From positions 1 to 27,523 of the forward strand of contig DAIDJN010000009.1 in assembly GCA_027451365.1 (NCBI GenBank): a stretch of 27,523 nt of DNA, in the 5' to 3' direction. This DNA comes from Phycisphaerales bacterium (GTDB lineage Bacteria; Planctomycetota; Phycisphaerae; WQYP01). The position numbers and the translations under genes were made by a program. This document shows, piece after piece, positions 26,647 to 27,523 of this stretch (position 1 is its first letter; each line of letters opens with the position of its first letter). The notes below the pieces were generated by a model. The model was not told the DNA's origin. It saw nothing but the letters and a program-made list of their open reading frames with translations, and searched no databases.

Positions 26647-27036
26647 ATGCCTGCTGCAAGTTCTATGGACATCGGTAAAAAGCTGGTGGAGATGTGCAAC
26701 AATGGGCAATGGCGGGAGGCGCTTCGCTCATTGTACAGCCCGGATATAGTGGGTGTGGAGGCAAGCCCACCCAAGCCGGAAATGAGCCGCAAGAAGGAAG
26801 GTCTTGCGGCCGTCATTGCCCACGGCGAATGGTTTCATGAGAACCATGACATTCACTCCGTAGAGATCCGCGGCCCGTGGCCTCATGAAGATCGCTTCAT
26901 TGTCTGTTTCAAATTGGAAGTGACCGCCAAAGGTGGGCCTATGGCCGGCAAGCGTTTCACAATTGAAGAAGCCGCGTTGTACACGGTGCAGAACGGCAAG
27001 GTCGTAAAAGCGGAATTTTTCTATCCGGGGATGTGA
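26647..27036 (+). CDS. SnoaL/NTF2-like protein
   Basis: LYSPDIVGVEA...GP.P..DRF...EEAALYTVQNGKVVKAEFFY. RBS AAGGAG. Confidence 0.85.
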   Translation: MPAASSMDIGKKLVEMCNNGQWREALRSLYSPDIVGVEASPPKPEMSRKKEGLAAVIAHGEWFHENHDIHSVEIRGPWPHEDRFIVCFKLEVTAKGGPMAGKRFTIEEAALYTVQNGKVVKAEFFYPGM

Positions 27037-27246
27037 CAAATCCTGCGCCATGGTGCGGCACCGATGGAACTTTATGCGATGCGTCAAAGCGGTAGGTTAC
27101 CGCTTCGGCGTTCGGCTTAAACTTTGGCAGATTAATAGCGTTCCTTTGCCTGAACGATTATTCCTTCACCGGTAACGCGGAGAGCGCGCAATTCGAGCCG
27201 TATTAAGCAATGTGCGATGGCGATGTCATCTATAAACCCATCGGAT

Positions 27247-27372
27247 GCGTCGCTCCTTCAAACGTGCAAACGCCATGGCGTGGAATCCTGGGCTTATCTG
27301 CGGGCTATACTCAGCCCTATCCCGGCACAGCCCGCGGACAAACTTGATGAACTTCTGCCGGGCCTGTGGCAG
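27247..27372 (+). mobile_element. IS66 transposase C-terminal remnant
   Basis: ASLLQTCKRHGVESWAYLRAIL..IP..P...LDELLP..W matches the IS66 TnpC C-terminal domain. The rest of the transposase is absent. Confidence 0.8.
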
Positions 27373-27458
27373 GCGAACCAGAGTGTCCGCATTACGAACT
27401 GCGTCTTCTCGGCAGCCTGAAAATTTGAGAATCTATTGTCGTCACAAGCATAAGGAGC

Positions 27459-27523
27459 ATGATGATGACATTGGAAGCAAATGTAAAGCGGAACGCGTCG
27501 GGGTGGTACACCCGCGAATACCG
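27459..27523 (+). CDS. 5' end of an unidentified gene, truncated by the window edge
   Basis: TAAGGAG followed by ATGATGATG, with the frame open to the end (MMMTLEANVKRNASGWYTREY). Confidence 0.5.
   Translation, partial: MMMTLEANVKRNASGWYTREY

Overview
Bacterial genomic window, probably Planctomycetota/Phycisphaerae (inferred from gene content only). It has three parts. (1) About 1-7910 is a decaying conflict island. It holds Rhs-type toxin tips with translationally coupled immunity genes, toxin-antitoxin remnants and a kptA gene. It also holds three copies of a short signal-peptide leader module (LLAAL..A..SAKTP..P.NR.W.N). In two copies the leader runs through an RY-x7-(L/I)AAE junction into unrelated toxin domains (ParB-like and Tox-REase-7), each followed by its own immunity gene. 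The third copy is internally deleted, and a fourth orphan toxin tip begins at the same LAAD junction. This looks like a minimal, Sec-exported polymorphic toxin family with swappable tips and is the main candidate for an undescribed system. (2) About 8140-24220 is core genome: two lipoproteins, a LysM protein, serS, tgt-yajC-secDF, an MBL hydrolase, aroB-dprA-NUDIX, and a hypothetical ORF overlapping lexA. (3) About 24320-27523 is a DUF899/ArsR/SRPBCC/SnoaL cluster with a duplicated promoter-operator, followed by an IS66 remnant. Family assignments come from recalled motifs, not database searches.
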